From the NCBI GenBank assembly GCA_963828255.1, contig CAWHDZ010000003.1, positions 218,250-282,249 of the forward strand: a stretch of 64,000 nt of DNA, written 5' to 3'. Origin of the DNA: an uncultured delta proteobacterium (GTDB lineage Bacteria; Myxococcota; Myxococcia; Myxococcales; Anaeromyxobacteraceae). This document shows, piece by piece, positions 33,860 through 43,443 of this stretch (positions are counted from its first letter, which is position 1; every line of letters begins with the position of its first letter). The translations under genes and the position numbers were made by a program. Below the pieces are notes generated by a model that worked only from the letters and a program-made list of their open reading frames with translations, made no database searches and was not told where the DNA came from.

Positions 33860-34481
33860 GGAGGAGCCTCGCCCTGCGCAGCAAGGCCACGGTCGCCAGC
33901 GTGTAGAGCCCCTCGACCACTCCCAGGACGGTGAGGCTCGGCGCCATCATGGCCACGGCCGACACCTCGAACGGCACCGGCATGTAGGCCGGGTCGAGCC
34001 GGTGCTGGAGACCGAGCACCAGCGCCACGGCCAGCGTGGCGACCTGAACGCCGACGTAGGCGCCCACGAAGGCGGCGCCGGTGCCGGAGATCCCGCGCAG
34101 CGCCCGGTAGCAGAGCCAGGCCGCTCCCGGGCCGAGGAGCCCCATGGCCAGCGCGTTCACCCCGAGCACGGTGAAGCCACCCGCGCCGAAGAAGAGCGCC
34201 TGGAGGAGCAGCACCAGCGACTCGCAGACGAAGGCAACGCCGGGGTTGTACAGGATCGCCAGGATGGCCACGCCGGTGAGGTGCGCCGAGGTCCCTCCGG
34301 GAACCGGGATCATGAGCCCCTGCACCACGAAGGCGAGGGCGGTCAGGGAGCCGACCACCGGGAGGGTCTCGGTGGCCGAGGTCCCGAAGTTCCTCCGGAC
34401 CGACCAGTACCAGAGCGGCGCGGCCGCGCCCCAGGCCGGGATGGTGACGACGGGGGAGAGGAAGCCGTCCGGGACGTGCAT
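33849..34481 (-). CDS. nikM: ECF substrate-binding S component (NikM/CbiM)
   Basis: N-terminal MHVPDGFLS; GGTSAH and GGFTVLGVN motifs. Confidence 0.92.
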   Translation of the reverse strand: MHVPDGFLSPVVTIPAWGAAAPLWYWSVRRNFGTSATETLPVVGSLTALAFVVQGLMIPVPGGTSAHLTGVAILAILYNPGVAFVCESLVLLLQALFFGAGGFTVLGVNALAMGLLGPGAAWLCYRALRGISGTGAAFVGAYVGVQVATLAVALVLGLQHRLDPAYMPVPFEVSAVAMMAPSLTVLGVVEGLYTLATVALLRRARLLRAG

Positions 34482-34483
34482 GG

Positions 34484-35497
34484 CTAGAGCGGCAGGACGT
34501 ACGAGAGGGTGAGGGCGACGCGGACCCACTCGAGCCCCTCGGAGCCCTGCTGATCGGCCCCCTCGTTGAGCCAGCGCAGGACCGAGGTCCGCGCGGCGAG
34601 CGCGGCGGAGAAGCGCCCCAGGTAGGCACGCGCCCCGAGGCCGGCGTAGAGGATCGTCCCCCCCGAGGCCAGCAGCGGCTCCATCGCGCCCTGCGCGTTC
34701 GACTCCTGGTCGCGCTGCAGGTCGAGAAGGTTCAGCTCCCCGGCCAGGTCGAGGCGGAAGCCGGGCGAGGCGATGGCGCGCCAGGCCAGCGCGGTGTTGA
34801 CCCGCGACTCGGCCCCGAACTGGTAGCGCATGAAGGGGTAGGTGTGGGGAAAGAAGAGCTGGTAGCTCGCGTCGGCCAGCCAGGTGAAGTCGGCGGACAG
34901 CTGCTTGGCGGCGGCGAGGCCAATCTGGAAGCTCGGCGAGCCGAAGCCGGTCTGCATGTCGGGCGCGTACCACGCGAGCGCGTCGGTCGCCGAGACGGTC
35001 GGGCCCATGGGCACGGTCGCGAAGGCGAAGACCGAGAAGTGCCAGTCGATGAGCTCGTCGAGGCTCTCCTTCTTCGGGACGAGCCGGAACCCGTCGTCGT
35101 ACTTGAAGGCGAACTGGACGAAGAGGCCGGGATCGCCGAAGCCCACGTTCGTTCCCACTCCGTCCTGCGACTTCACGTTGTAGGGGAGGAAGAGGTAGGC
35201 GGAGAGCCAGGGGGTGACGCCGTAGCCCGCCACCAGCGTGCCGAAGAGCGAGTAGACCTTGTTCTCCGGCTGGGCGAAGTCGTACTGCCGGTACGGGACG
35301 TACTCCGACTTCACCATGAGGAGGAGGGAGCCCGGCGGCAGCGGGATGGGCGAGGTGGTCTCGATGGCCGCGCCCGGTCCCTCCGGCCCGGCCATGCCGA
35401 CGCCGGCGCTGCCGTGGTGGGCCATGGCGGGGAGGGGGGCGAGCAGGGAGGCGGAGATCGCCGCCAGGATCACCGGCGATGCGATGCGGATCGTCAC
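34484..35497 (-). CDS. Putative outer-membrane channel ('transporter'/MetA-pathway-like beta-barrel)
   Basis: Signal peptide with mature N-terminus HHG; GFGD and MQTGFGS motifs; amphipathic strands. Confidence 0.7.
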   Translation of the reverse strand: MTIRIASPVILAAISASLLAPLPAMAHHGSAGVGMAGPEGPGAAIETTSPIPLPPGSLLLMVKSEYVPYRQYDFAQPENKVYSLFGTLVAGYGVTPWLSAYLFLPYNVKSQDGVGTNVGFGDPGLFVQFAFKYDDGFRLVPKKESLDELIDWHFSVFAFATVPMGPTVSATDALAWYAPDMQTGFGSPSFQIGLAAAKQLSADFTWLADASYQLFFPHTYPFMRYQFGAESRVNTALAWRAIASPGFRLDLAGELNLLDLQRDQESNAQGAMEPLLASGGTILYAGLGARAYLGRFSAALAARTSVLRWLNEGADQQGSEGLEWVRVALTLSYVLPL

Positions 35498-35952
35498 CGG
35501 TTCTTCCTCCGTCCACGCAGGTAGAGGAATCCGAAGATGGCGGCGATGAGGGCGACCCCGGCCACCGGCCGGAGCGCGGAGCTCAGCGTCGAGGCGTCCC
35601 GACCCGCCTTGCCCCTGGGGGCAGCCGCCGGGTCGGCCGCAGGCCCCACGTCCACGCGGGTGTCGAGCCCGTGCCCGGTCGCGTCCACGATCCGGACGCG
35701 CCAGCTACCAGGAACGTCGGGCACGAAGGCCAGCCAGCCGTTCCGGTCGGTCCGCCCCTTCCAGTAGGGGATCTTCTCGTCGGCCGGGGAGAAGACCTCG
35801 GCCTGCACGTAGGCCAGGCTCTCGCCGCCGGGGAACCAGGCGCGCACCGCGACCCCCCGGCCGCGCTGCACCTCGTGCAGGACCTCGTGGGCGCGTGCCG
35901 GGCCCGCGGCGGCCACCAGGGCGAGGACGACCAGTGCCTGGCCCGACCTCAC
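35494..35952 (-). CDS. NikL/CbiL-like auxiliary component
   Basis: Signal peptide ending AH, GRTDRNGWLAFVP, DATGHG, C-terminal TM helix. Confidence 0.7.
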   Translation of the reverse strand: MRSGQALVVLALVAAAGPARAHEVLHEVQRGRGVAVRAWFPGGESLAYVQAEVFSPADEKIPYWKGRTDRNGWLAFVPDVPGSWRVRIVDATGHGLDTRVDVGPAADPAAAPRGKAGRDASTLSSALRPVAGVALIAAIFGFLYLRGRRKNR

Positions 35953-36650
35953 CGGGCCACCTCGAAGGTCAGGCTGGCCTCCGCCGTCAGGGTGTCGGCC
36001 TCGGGTGTGCCGAGCGGGCGCTTCAGGGTCGCGCTGACCGACTCCACGTCGGAGGCGCGAACCTTCACGCGGCACTCACCGGCCACGTCGGTCTCGCCGA
36101 GCGGCTTGTGGCCGATGGACACCACCGCGCCGGCCACCGGCTTTCCCTGCCAGAGCACCCGGAACGTCGCCTTGTCGCCCTGCCGGACGCGCGCGAGATT
36201 GCCCACCGGGAGGATCTCCAGCTCGTCGCCCAGGGGCTCTCCCGCCGACGGGGAGCGGACGTCGATCCACTTGGCCCACTGCATGGACCGCCAGGAGCGG
36301 ACCGCGTCGGGCGCCCGGTTCCTGGGGAGGTTCCTCTCGCCGTCCGGGGTGAGCGACCAGAACCCGCCGTCGAGGAAGGCGCTGGCGACGTCGCAGCGGG
36401 ACGGCGTGAGCAGTTCCTTCAGGGCGGCCTTCGACGTGGCGCGGACGTCGGTCGCCGCCGCCCGCCCCTTCCGGCAGGGGATGGACTTCACCTTGGCCGC
36501 GTCCAGGTCGAGGGCCTCGCCCCCCCGGTGGCCGAAGCGGAGGACCAGGACCTCACCCCGCGGCTCGAACCAGAGGTCGTGGGCGCGAGCGCCGAGGGGC
36601 AGCGCCAGCCAGGCTGCGGCAATCGAACGTGCGACCCACCTCGACGTCAT
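35949..36650 (-). CDS. DUF4198/NikK-like periplasmic protein
   Basis: Signal peptide then AHDLWFEP...FGH; LEILP and VLWQGKPVAGAVV motifs. Confidence 0.8.
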   Translation of the reverse strand: MTSRWVARSIAAAWLALPLGARAHDLWFEPRGEVLVLRFGHRGGEALDLDAAKVKSIPCRKGRAAATDVRATSKAALKELLTPSRCDVASAFLDGGFWSLTPDGERNLPRNRAPDAVRSWRSMQWAKWIDVRSPSAGEPLGDELEILPVGNLARVRQGDKATFRVLWQGKPVAGAVVSIGHKPLGETDVAGECRVKVRASDVESVSATLKRPLGTPEADTLTAEASLTFEVAR

Positions 36651-36665
36651 GCGACGAATGTCCTC

Positions 36666-36700
36666 GTTCGTGCTACGAGCGGTGGCACCGTAGCACGAAC
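36666..36700. promoter_or_regulatory. NikR-type operator
   Basis: Perfect inverted repeat GTTCGTGCTACG-N11-CGTAGCACGAAC, with core GTGCTAC-N13-GTAGCAC, directly upstream of the nik operon. Confidence 0.75.
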
Positions 36701-36730
36701 AGGCTATCCGTGATACCGCACGCGCTCGCC

Positions 36731-37534
36731 TCACTTCCGCGCGGCGTCCACCTTCGGGACCGGTGGCCTCGCCTTCAGATACTTCGAGCCGGTCCAGACG
36801 AGCACCGCGGCGAAGGTGAGCCGGAGGACCACCTCCGGGAGGCGCAGGGCGAAGGTGCTGCCCACCAGCGTTCCCACCAGGATCCCCGGGATGAGCCCGG
36901 GGAGCAGCCCCCGCACGACGTTGCCAAGACGGAAGTGGGTGTAGGCGCCCACCGCCCCCGCCGGGACCATGGCGAGGAGCGAGCTTCCCTGCGCGAGGAT
37001 CTGAGGGAAGCCGGCCAGGAGCACCATGGCGGGCACCATGATGCTGCCGCCCCCAACGCCCATCATGCCGGAGAGGAAGCCGGTGAAGACCCCGGTGGTG
37101 AGGAGCACCGCCGCCGTCACCCAGGTCGAGGGGTGTGCTCCGGCGCCCCCGAGCCAGGGGCGGGCCAGGAGGACGACCGCGATGACGAGCAGGAAGGCGC
37201 CGAAGGAGCGCTTGAGCTTCCACTCGGGGAGGACGTGGGCGTACCGGGCTCCGTATCGTGCCGTCACCGTGGCCGTGACGGCGAGAAGGCCGGCCCCGAG
37301 GAGATCCACCTGCCCCTTGGTGGCGTAGGTGGCGGCGCCGACCAGCCCCGTGAAGACCAGGGCGACGAGGCTCGTGCCGTGGGCCTGCTTCTGCTGCAGC
37401 CCGGCCACGCCGACCATGAGCGGCACCATCACCACTCCGCCGCCCAGCCCGACCAGGCCGCCGAAGCAGCCGGCCGCCAGCCCGATGAGGAGGCTCTTCC
37501 CGAATGCGACGGGGGGACCCGGACCGTTGGCCAT
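36731..37534 (-). CDS. TSUP (TauE/SafE) family transporter
   Basis: Duplicated GLVGLGGG / GMMGVGGG motifs; AHGTSL. Confidence 0.88.
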   Translation of the reverse strand: MANGPGPPVAFGKSLLIGLAAGCFGGLVGLGGGVVMVPLMVGVAGLQQKQAHGTSLVALVFTGLVGAATYATKGQVDLLGAGLLAVTATVTARYGARYAHVLPEWKLKRSFGAFLLVIAVVLLARPWLGGAGAHPSTWVTAAVLLTTGVFTGFLSGMMGVGGGSIMVPAMVLLAGFPQILAQGSSLLAMVPAGAVGAYTHFRLGNVVRGLLPGLIPGILVGTLVGSTFALRLPEVVLRLTFAAVLVWTGSKYLKARPPVPKVDAARK

Positions 37535-37673
37535 GGACCCGCTTCGTATCAGGTTGCCTTTGCCAGGTCGTCCCCAAAGGGCATCCGAGGCGCCCGCGCC
37601 CCGCGCCCGCCGGCGTCCTCGCGGCTTGCGCAAGCCGGATGGTTGGCTTACGAGTCGAGGGCGAGGAGAACGC

Positions 37674-38129
37674 ATGATCGCCTTCACGCTGAACGGGAAG
37701 CCGGTGCAGGTGGACGTTTCCCCGAAGACGCCGCTCCTCTGGGTGCTTCGGGACACGCTCGGCGCGACCGGCACGAAGTTCGGGTGCGGCGCTGGACTCT
37801 GCGGGGCCTGCACGGTCCACGTGGGCGGGGAGGCGACGCGCTCCTGCCTCACCGACGTCGGCACGGTGGAGGGGAAGTCGATCACCACCATCGAGGGGCT
37901 GGGGAAGGGCAAGCTGCACGTCCTCCAGGAGGCCTGGCTCGCCGAGGACGTGTCGCAGTGCGGATACTGCCAGCCCGGGCAGATCATGAGCGCGGCGGCG
38001 CTGCTGGCGACGAGGCCACACCCCACCGACGCGGAGATCGACGACGCACTCTCCGGAAACCTGTGCCGGTGCGGAACCTACCCGCGCATCCGCGCGGCCG
38101 TGCGACGCGCGGCGGGGGTGGTCCGATGA
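37674..38129 (+). CDS. (2Fe-2S)-binding subunit, isoquinoline/aldehyde oxidoreductase alpha type
   Basis: [24 protein letters not shown] and NLCRCGTY motifs. Confidence 0.93.
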   Translation: MIAFTLNGKPVQVDVSPKTPLLWVLRDTLGATGTKFGCGAGLCGACTVHVGGEATRSCLTDVGTVEGKSITTIEGLGKGKLHVLQEAWLAEDVSQCGYCQPGQIMSAAALLATRPHPTDAEIDDALSGNLCRCGTYPRIRAAVRRAAGVVR

Positions 38130-40309
38130 GCGTCACGCGCCGGGAATTCCTCAAGGTCGGCGCCGCGGTCGGCGGCGGCCTGCTCATCGAGGTCTGGAGC
38201 CCGCGCCGGGCGCGCGCCGGCGACGTGAAGGGCGGGGCGTTCTCGCCGAGCGCGTTCCTGCGCATCACCACCGACGGCGTCACCTTCGTCTGCCCCCAGG
38301 TCGAGATGGGGCAGGGAATCCAGACCGGGCTCGCCATGCTGGTCGCCGAGGAGCTCGAGATCGCACCGGAGGCCATGCGGGTCGTCGCCGCACCGGCAGA
38401 CCGTGCCTTCGACAATCCGGGATTCAACGTCCAGCTCACCGGGGGCAGCTCGAGCATCAAGGTCGAGTACGAGCCGCTGCGCCAGGCGGGCGCCACCGCG
38501 CGGGAGATGCTCCGCGGGGCGGCGTCGCGACGGTGGGGCGTGCCGGTGGCCGATTGCGTCGCCTCGGACGGGGCAGTGACCCACGCGGCGACGGGGAAGC
38601 GGGCCACCTACGGCGAGCTGGCCGACGAGGCAGCCCGGTCGGAGGCGCCGCGCAAGCCGCCGCTGCGGACCGGAGGCTTCAAGGTCATCGGGAAGCGGAT
38701 TCACCGGCTGGACGCCCGGCCGAAGGTCGACGGCACGGGGGTCTTCGGGATCGACGTGCGGCTCCCGGACATGCTCGTCGCCGCGGTGGTTCGCTGCCCG
38801 GTTCCGGGCGGGACGGCGCTGGAGTTCGACGCGGCCCCGGCGAAGGCCATGCCGGGCGTCGTGGACGTGGTCCGCATCCCGCCGGGGATCGCCGTCCTGG
38901 CCAGGGACACCTGGTCGGCGCGCGAGGCGGCCGGGAAGCTCCGGGTCACCTGGAGCGAGGGGCCGAGCGCCGGGCTCGACTCCGCCGCGATCCTGGCCAC
39001 CTACCGCGCCGCTGCGGCCGGGGAGGGGAAGAGCATCCGTGACGACGGCGATGCGGCGAAGGCCATCGCCGGCGCGGCCCGGAAGGTCGAGGCGAGCTAC
39101 TTCGCCCCGTTCCTCGCCCACGCAACCCTGGAGCCCCAGAACGCCACGGCCCACGTCACTGCCGCCCGGTGCGAGGTCTGGGCGCCCACGCAGGGGCCCG
39201 GCGTCGCCAAGGAGATCGCGCGACAGATCACCGGCCTCGGCTCGGACCAGATCGTCATCCACACCACCATGGTGGGTGGAGGGTTCGGGCGGCGCATCGC
39301 GCAGGACTACGTGGCCGAGGCCATCTGGTGCGCGAAGGCCGCCGGAAAGCCCGTGAAGGTGGTCTGGTCCCGCGAGGACGACTTCCACCACGACATCTAC
39401 CGGCCCGCGGCGCTCCACGTGCTGCAGGCTGCGCTCTCCGTCGAAGGCGCGCCGGTGGCCTGGACCCACCGGATCGTCACCCAGTCGATCATGAAGCAGG
39501 TGGCCCCCGACTTCGTCGGCGCCACGATGCCGTTCTGGGTTCCCACCGCGGTGAAGCGGGCCGCCGGCAGCGTGGCCGGCTGGTTCATGAGCCGCGCCGA
39601 CGACTCCGCCGTCGAGGGCGCCGACGAGATCCCCTACGCGGTGCCCAGCGTCTCGGTCCGGTTCCTCGCCCAGGATCCGGGCGTGCCGGTTGGGTTCTGG
39701 CGCTCGGTGGGCCACTCCCACACCGCCTTCGCGGTGGAGAGCTTCGTGGACGAGCTGGCACACGCCGCCGGGAAGGACCCGTACCTCTTCCGCAAGGATC
39801 TCCTCGCTGCCGCTTCCCGAAACCGGGCGGTCCTCGACCTGGTGGCGGCCAGGGCCGGCTGGGGTGGTCCCCCGCCTCCCGGACGGTTCCGTGGCATCGC
39901 CCAGCACGCCTCCTTCGACAGCTTCGCGGCGGCCGTCGCCGAGGTCGAGGTGAAGGGGAAGGTCATCGCGGTGAGGCGGGTGGTCATCGCCCTCGACTGT
40001 GGACTGGTGGTGAACCCTAACCTGGTCGCGGCCCAGCTGGAGGGCTCGGTGGTGTTCGGCCTGGGCGCCGCGCTGAAGCAGGAGATCACCTGGAAGCGCG
40101 GGCGCGTCGAGCAGTCGAACTTCAACGACTTCGAGCTGCTCCGGATCGACGAGTGCCCGGTCATCGAGACCCACCTCGTGCCCTCGAAGGGGTCGCCCAC
40201 GGGCGTGGGTGAGCCGGGGGTGCCGCCCGTCGCGCCGGCGGTGGCGAACGCGGTCTTCGCGGCCACCGGGCAGCGGCTGCGCAGCCTGCCGCTCCGGCTG
40301 GGGGGATAG
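38126..40309 (+). CDS. Xanthine dehydrogenase-family molybdopterin subunit (IorB-like), Tat-exported
   Basis: TRREFLK Tat motif; EMGQG, TGGSSS, GGGFGRR, WRSVG and GVGEPG motifs. Confidence 0.92.
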   Translation: MSVTRREFLKVGAAVGGGLLIEVWSPRRARAGDVKGGAFSPSAFLRITTDGVTFVCPQVEMGQGIQTGLAMLVAEELEIAPEAMRVVAAPADRAFDNPGFNVQLTGGSSSIKVEYEPLRQAGATAREMLRGAASRRWGVPVADCVASDGAVTHAATGKRATYGELADEAARSEAPRKPPLRTGGFKVIGKRIHRLDARPKVDGTGVFGIDVRLPDMLVAAVVRCPVPGGTALEFDAAPAKAMPGVVDVVRIPPGIAVLARDTWSAREAAGKLRVTWSEGPSAGLDSAAILATYRAAAAGEGKSIRDDGDAAKAIAGAARKVEASYFAPFLAHATLEPQNATAHVTAARCEVWAPTQGPGVAKEIARQITGLGSDQIVIHTTMVGGGFGRRIAQDYVAEAIWCAKAAGKPVKVVWSREDDFHHDIYRPAALHVLQAALSVEGAPVAWTHRIVTQSIMKQVAPDFVGATMPFWVPTAVKRAAGSVAGWFMSRADDSAVEGADEIPYAVPSVSVRFLAQDPGVPVGFWRSVGHSHTAFAVESFVDELAHAAGKDPYLFRKDLLAAASRNRAVLDLVAARAGWGGPPPPGRFRGIAQHASFDSFAAAVAEVEVKGKVIAVRRVVIALDCGLVVNPNLVAAQLEGSVVFGLGAALKQEITWKRGRVEQSNFNDFELLRIDECPVIETHLVPSKGSPTGVGEPGVPPVAPAVANAVFAATGQRLRSLPLRLGG

Positions 40310-40418
40310 CGGCGCGGCGAGGTCATACGGGGCGTAAACCCAAGTTCACCCTCCCGGGGCGTTAGACGGTTCCGCAAACCCGAACCGGCGGAGTCGTCCC
40401 CGACTCCAGGAGGAAGCC

Positions 40419-40784
40419 ATGAACGCGAGCGCGAGCCAGTTGCCGTCCACGATCGACGCGGGGGGCGTGAGGTTCCAGACGGTGGACTGGGGTGGGTTCA
40501 ACGTGGCGCACGTGAACCTGCCCGCGGGAGCGGACGCCTCGCCTCTCCTCCAGGGGTTGCCTGGGAACCTCTGCCAGGCACCGCACTGGGGGTACGTCCT
40601 CAAGGGAAGCATCCACGTGACCTACGGCGATGGCCGGACCGAGAAGGTGAGCGCCGGTCAGGTGTACCACTGGCCGGCGGGGCACACCGTGCGCGTGGAC
40701 GAGGACTACGAGTCCATCGAGTTCAGCCCGTCCGCGCCCATGCACGAGGTCCTGGCGCACGTGTCGAGGAAGCTCAAGGGGTGA
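40419..40784 (+). CDS. Cupin domain protein
   Basis: CQAPHWGYVLKG...YHWPAGH; strong AGGAGG SD. Confidence 0.85.
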   Translation: MNASASQLPSTIDAGGVRFQTVDWGGFNVAHVNLPAGADASPLLQGLPGNLCQAPHWGYVLKGSIHVTYGDGRTEKVSAGQVYHWPAGHTVRVDEDYESIEFSPSAPMHEVLAHVSRKLKG

Positions 40785-40906
40785 GGTGCAGGCCCTGAAG
40801 AAGAGGCCCCCGCCGCAGCGCCCCCACGCGCGGCGGGGACCTGGACGCCACACTGTCCGTCCCGGGTGAGCAGACAAGGCACGGGGGAGAATCTGACACC
40901 GACGCC

Positions 40907-41140
40907 CTACCGGGGGGCTCGCCTGGCGATCGCCTCGAGAATCGTCCCGGTGTCGGGCCATTCCCCGCTGCCGAGCTTGGAGTGGAGCACCTCGCCGCCG
41001 AAGGAGACCTCGAAGGACGACCTCCTCCCGGCCTTCAGATCGACGCCGACCTTGCCGGAGAACCTCTCGGTGATGGCTTGCCCGAGACCTCGGGCCTGGG
41101 GGAGGTAGTTTCAAACCTTGCAGTACTCGATCGTGACCAT
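40907..41140 (-). CDS. Rdx (SelW/SelT/SelH) family selenoprotein, CxxU
   Basis: AGGAGG SD; MVTIEYCKV[UGA]NYLPQARGLGQAI...SSFEVSFGGEVLHSKLGSGEWPD; in-frame TGA at 41111-41113 followed by a hairpin. Confidence 0.9.
41080..41095 (-). other. Candidate bacterial SECIS element
   Basis: GCCCG-AGGUCU-CGGGC hairpin beginning 15 nt after the UGA; the AGGUCU loop matches the E. coli fdhF SECIS apical loop. Confidence 0.7.
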
Positions 41141-41184
41141 GGCGACTCCTCCTGGATCCACCCCACCCATGATAGGCACTCATC

Positions 41185-41427
41185 ATGAAGAATGCGCCGG
41201 ACTTCCACATCGGACCGCACGAAGTGACGGTGCGGGAGATGGCGGGACGGTGGACCGCGGCGGTCGACGGCAAGCTCATGCCGGGATTCTTCGGCACCGA
41301 GGCGCAGGCCGCCGGCGCGGCGCTGCTGGCGATCGCATCCCGCGAGCGCGACCACGAGACCCTGGAAGCCGGTGACACGCTGGTCTTCCAGACGCTCGAG
41401 CAGGTGCGCGCGAGGGCCCGGTCCTAG
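41185..41427 (+). CDS. Hypothetical protein
   Basis: Normal codon use; divergent from the selenoprotein gene. Confidence 0.65.
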   Translation: MKNAPDFHIGPHEVTVREMAGRWTAAVDGKLMPGFFGTEAQAAGAALLAIASRERDHETLEAGDTLVFQTLEQVRARARS

Positions 41428-41455
41428 CGGGGGGCCGCGGTCCCCGGGGAAGTTG

Positions 41456-41887
41456 TCACCGCGCGGGCGGGTCCTGGCACGCCCCGTTCACGCAGATCCG
41501 ATCGCCCTTGCAGTCGGTGTCCTTGCCGCAGCCGGTCAGGCAGGGGGTTGCCGGCGTCGCCGACGGGACGGGCGTCGCGGGCGAGGAGGGGATCACGGGC
41601 GCAGCGGCAGCCGGGGCGGGGACCGGAGCGGCCGGGGCAACCAGCTCGTCGCAGCGGGCCTGCGCCGCCGTCATCCGACGGAGCTCGAGGTCGTACTTGT
41701 CCTTCGCACCCGCGAGCACCAGGCGCTGGTTGTCGCTCGGCCGCAAGCCCTCGATGGTGGCGACGGCGTCGCGGATCGCATCCAGGTCCTTCCTCATCTG
41801 CGCGACCTCCGCCTCGCACGGGTGGGGCATGGCCACGGCGGGAAGGGCAAGCGCGAGCAGCAGAAGGAGCGCGGTCATCGTCCTCAT
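41456..41887 (-). CDS. Secreted protein with coiled coil and C-terminal Cys-rich motif
   Basis: Signal peptide; GCGKDTDCKGDRICVNGAC. Confidence 0.7.
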   Translation of the reverse strand: MRTMTALLLLLALALPAVAMPHPCEAEVAQMRKDLDAIRDAVATIEGLRPSDNQRLVLAGAKDKYDLELRRMTAAQARCDELVAPAAPVPAPAAAAPVIPSSPATPVPSATPATPCLTGCGKDTDCKGDRICVNGACQDPPAR

Positions 41888-42156
41888 GCCCCGAAGCCTA
41901 TCATTGACGAACGGCGGGAAGACGCCGGCGACGGCGCGGATGGGGGACGCAGGCTCCGCTTCCCGGACTTCACCCGCTCGGCGATGATCGTGTGCGGTGG
42001 CTCATTCAACCCTTTCCGGGTCGGGTAGCCGCAGTGAACGACAGCGGCGATCGTGGGTCCGTAGCCCGCACGTTCGACGCTTGCGCGGCAAACGTTCGCG
42101 AACAGGCCCGCGTCCCGACCCTGTTCGGATTCCGGTGGGTTGCGCCACCAGGCTTC

Positions 42157-42172
42157 AGGCACGGGGCGTGCA
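42157..42172 (+). promoter_or_regulatory. Sigma54 promoter upstream of the kinase remnant
   Basis: AGGCACGGGGCGTGCA with GG-N10-GC spacing. Confidence 0.55.
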
Positions 42173-42195
42173 GCCGAACTTCATGCTTGAGCAAG

Positions 42196-42843
42196 ATGCC
42201 AGTCACGGATGCCCGCACCACCTGGCGGGCGGAGGCAGAGGAGCGATTCGCTCGCGGCCCTCGGCCCGCCGCGTCGAACCAGGCCACGCCGGAGGCGCTG
42301 CGGGAGCTCCAGGTCCACCAGATCGAGCTGGAGATGCAGCACAAGGGGAAGCACGTGAAGCTGAGCGAGTTCATCCAGGCGAACCAGAAGCTGATCGTCG
42401 ACGAGTGGGAGGCGTTCGCCCGGACCATGCTGCCGGCTGCCGGCGCGATGAACCGGATCGGGCTGCGTGATCACGCGGCGGAGATCCTCGACGCCATCGT
42501 CAAGGACCTCGAGGCCCCGCAGGACAGCTCCGAGCAGTCGGAGAAGTCCATGCTCCTGGTGAACATCTTCGAGCCCATGGTGAGCCACGCCCGGCAGGGC
42601 GAGGGGATGAAGACCACCAGCCTGGGGTTGGGATTGCACATCGCCCGGGAGATCGTGCTGGCGCACGGCGGAACCCTGGCCGTGACTTCAGTCGCCGAGG
42701 GGACCACGTTCACCGTCCACCTTTCGCACCGGTCCCTCCCCACCCCTGCGCATACGGAGCCTCCTGGGGTCCCCGACGTTCACGACGCGGTCGGGGATCT
42801 CGTCGTCCCCGAACGCTTGCAGAACGAGGAGGCCCCGTCATGA
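42196..42843 (+). pseudogene. Chimeric histidine-kinase remnant
   Basis: ELQVHQIELEMQ piece, LSEFIQANQKLIVDEWEAFAR piece and GLGLHIAREIVLAHGG C-terminus; no H-box or N-box. Confidence 0.7.
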
Positions 42844-43025
42844 AGAGAATCCTCGGCGTCGTCGTCGCCGTCGTCTTCCTGGCCGGCGTCTTCGCCTCCG
42901 TGACGGCCGTCACCTTGACCTTCATGGCCGTCGCGCGTCCGTCGTTCGCCGACGACCAGACCGGCGTCCCGGGGGCGAGGAAGGACGGGGACAGGACATC
43001 CACTCGAAAGACCAAGGAGGTCGTC

Positions 43026-43418
43026 ATGAAGGGCTTCGTGAAGGACATCGAGCGGCTCGCCGTGGAGAACACCGAGTTTCGCCGGGTGCTGTACACGGCG
43101 AGGAGCACCCAGCTCGTCCTCATGGCGCTGAAGCCGGGGGAGGAGATCGGCATGGAGGTCCACAAGCTCGACCAGTTCTTCCGCGTGGAGGAAGGGTCCG
43201 GGGAGGCCGTCCTCGACGGAGTCCGGACGAAGATCCAGGCGGGATTCGCGGTGCTCGTCCCCGCCGGGGCGAAGCACAACATCGTCAACACCGGAAGCGC
43301 TCCCCTGAAGCTCTACACGCTCTATTCACCGCCGAATCACCGCGACGGCGTCGTCCACCACACCCGTGCCGAGGCGGAAGCCGACATCGAGCACTTCGAC
43401 GGCAAGACGACGGAGTAG
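43026..43418 (+). CDS. Cupin domain protein (mannose-6-phosphate isomerase-like)
   Basis: AAGGAGG SD; FRRVLYT...QLVLM...EEIGMEVHKLDQFFRVEEG...KLYTLYSPPNH. Confidence 0.9.
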   Translation: MKGFVKDIERLAVENTEFRRVLYTARSTQLVLMALKPGEEIGMEVHKLDQFFRVEEGSGEAVLDGVRTKIQAGFAVLVPAGAKHNIVNTGSAPLKLYTLYSPPNHRDGVVHHTRAEAEADIEHFDGKTTE

Positions 43419-43443
43419 GGCGCTCCGGCGCCACGACGACGGC

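Noticed and set aside
40331..40367. GTTAGAC core suggesting an integron attC site
   Set aside because: No matching RYYYAAC inverse core, no repeated cassette structure and no integrase.
42840..43025. Hydrophobic N-terminal extension of the cupin ORF
   Set aside because: A strong SD precedes ATG 43026 where cupin homology begins; the extension is probably a remnant or a chance open frame.
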